A stretch of 64,000 nucleotides of DNA, from NCBI RefSeq assembly GCF_009914755.1, contig NC_060934.1; one strand, written 5' to 3'. The translations under genes were made by a program, and so were the position numbers. The DNA comes from the human T2T-CHM13v2.0 reference genome, Homo sapiens. The stretch's first letter is position 1; every line of letters starts with the position of its first letter. A model generated the notes under the pieces. The model searched no databases. It had not been told where the DNA came from and saw only the letters and a list, made by a program, of their open reading frames with translations. Shown piece by piece: positions 61,456-64,000 of this stretch.

Positions 61456-62572
61456 CTTTTCACCAGCATGGGTGCTGTTCAGGCTCACACTTTGGATCAC
61501 CCTGTGAGGCTGATGCTGGCTGTCTGTGAAGCAGCAGGAGGAAGAGAAACAACCCACAGCACAGAAAACAGTGCTGCTTTGAAGAGTGGGTCACAACACG
61601 ATTGCCAGGCTGTGATGCATCTCATCTTGTAAAAGTAAATACTTGGCGATTTCCTTGTGGATTCCAATAGTTTCTCTTGTCACACACTGACTATAACAGC
61701 TGCATTCGCTTCATGAAAATGGGTTAGAGATAATAAATTGACCGAAAATATAGAAGACTGAAGTTTTTGAAAGCAGTATCTGGAAACAAATTGTTTATAA
61801 ATTTTACCTCTAGAATTTTGAACTCCAGAGCAACTCAATTTAAAATTTGGAACAACGATAATTACCAAAGAATTTTCCACAGCCTTAAACTAGTATTTCC
61901 CACCAAAACAGTGATACTTAAAATGCATATGAAGTAATTTATTTTAGGAGTATTGTGCATATTATGCATACACACAAACTTACACTACTATGTAACTGAG
62001 AAACAAGAACTTGACAAGGTGCAGGTCAGGCTAGGGGTGAGAAGTTGGAGTGAGGCAGATACAGTGCGACTGGAAGGGAACGCAGTCCAGAACAGAATCA
62101 GGTGTTGAAACTATCAGGAAGCAGTGAATTCCAACTGGCACAAGTGTTGTTGTTGTTTTTTCTCATCTCCGACTTGAAAACTGAAGGGACACACGAGTCC
62201 TTTGATGATTCCTTGAGTGATCCAGATGTACTGAGCTGGGGATGTTTTGGAAGAGGGAATTTTCTGAGTAAATAATAAGGGACAATATCTTTGTATCAGA
62301 TGTACATAAATGTGATAAACATGCTTTGAAAGTGCTGTAGTCAAATTCTTAAATTATGATAACCGAGAAAAAAGTTAAGAAAAATGGTATATGTATAATA
62401 ATACTATGTTCAGACTCCACTGTTTCTGCCATTTTTTTTGTTGTTATTTTATCTGTTTTTTCTTGGTCTCCTTCCTTTCTTCTCCTTCCTTTCTTAACCC
62501 TTCCTTCCTTCTTTTGTCTTTCTCTCTCTCTCTCTCGCTCACTCTCTTCCTCTTTTTCTTTCTTACTGGCAG

Positions 62573-62580
62573 TCTGAGTG
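62573..62580 (+). other. Candidate 8-nt microexon (TCTGAGTG)
   Basis: ~110-nt CU-rich tract ending actggcAG, followed 8 nt later by GTAAGA. Confidence 0.2.
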
Positions 62581-64000
62581 GTAAGACAGTGCTGTATATA
62601 CAGAACTGTATCATAGAAGGGAACCTAGAAATTTTCTAGTTCAGAGTTTTCTAAAATGCATTTTATAATAAATTAGTTGTATGAGATATTTTTAGGGGGA
62701 TCTATGCTAACAAACTGAAAGAAACATGGTGTTTTATATTCCTCCTTAGACCTTCACCATATATATTGGCAAATTAAAGATGAAACATTTTGCAATTAAG
62801 ATAACTACTTAATTTTGTTTTATCTATTTATTTCCAAACTTACACTCAATGACCCTAACTTGGATAATACCAAAAGAACTTAAGGAGCTAGCTACCCCAA
62901 ATCACTGTTGGGGGAACAGACGATTTATTCTATCTTGCTACTCACTGCAGGAATAACATGTCAGCACTAATGACACATATTTGTGAATATGTGTTTTGGG
63001 TACTGTCAGGGGCTCTGAGCAATAATGAAGGAAGAACCATTCAACAGGCACCCTTTTATGGGTCAGATTCGTTCCTTTAGTGGGCTCTTTTAGAGGGTTT
63101 TATTGTTAATTTCCTACCAACACACTTGCTACAATATATTGTATAAGAAATTCATAAGTTCCTGGGCTAAGGCATTTGGCCTAACTGTCTAAGCCGGGAT
63201 GCTGTCTGACAGATTTTTCACAAATTTATCACACTGAGTCATTGTAAGGGAATTAGGACCACAAGAGACCTTCTTTTTGGTCCTGGTTAGGATCTGAACA
63301 TCAGATTTCTGTTTAGGCACCCAGAACTGGTTAATCAAATCATAATGACTGTATTCCATACTGTTATTCATTGGGGAAGCATATTTATCTGAGTATCAGA
63401 TAAGCTACCTTTTAATTTTTTTTAACTGCTATGATGTGCCACTTAAACGAATGCCAAGACTTTGTGCTTACAAACCTTCTACCCACAAAGAATCCTTTAT
63501 CTTACCTTTGCATAATTGACTTATTTCTAATTAAATGTGGTATAGAAAAAAAAAGACCTACAAAATTTCAACTTCTATCATTTGTTCCTTCCTTTAAGTC
63601 TCTGTGCTTCTGTAAACATGTTAGAACCTTGAGCAATGCATTGTCCATGCTGCTAGCTCTTCCTTTCAGATAGGTTTCATGATACATTCCACCAACCACA
63701 ACACACACACACTCACACACAAACACACACCATCCAGATCTTTATTCTATTTCCCGATTAAATGTTCAGAAAGGCAGTGCAAGGCCAACATCTAAGTGTG
63801 CAACTCAAGACTTCTGTCCACCTTGATATTATTCAGCATTTTTGAGGGACAGTTGGTAGTTACACTAACTATAAATCTACCAGACTATATCATACTCCTT
63901 CATCTTGCCCACAAGGATATCATATGCTCTGCTAAAAATCAAGAAACACTCTATCTAATTCTTCCAGTTTACCAATTTAATAACACTACCAAAGGAGGAA

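Overview
Primate (human-like; AluY, L1PA3, LTR7 and LTR12 indicate a catarrhine/hominoid genome) AT-rich, repeat-dense non-coding DNA. I recognise no host protein-coding gene, and the recognisable ORFs in the track are Alu-, L1-, LTR- or microsatellite-derived. The window holds 14 Alus, a 2.3-kb L1PA3 with a twin-priming 5' inversion and a short 3' transduction, several solo LTRs (THE1, MLT1, MER52, LTR8, MER50 carrying a nested HERV-H LTR7, MER61-like, LTR12), DNA-transposon fossils (MER20, MER82, MER81, MER45A, Tigger3, a possible Looper), MIR/L2/L1M fragments and microsatellites. The six identifiable ERV1-class LTRs and both primate-era L1s lie on the minus strand, which suggests the window is inside a plus-strand transcription unit. 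The repeat-poor right end (about 55-64 kb) carries candidate plus-strand exons, including a possible 38-aa spliced micropeptide and an 8-nt microexon. These are the best leads for something unannotated, but they remain inference. Repeat family names come from my recall of consensus sequences, not from a search. I found no convincing novel multi-gene system.
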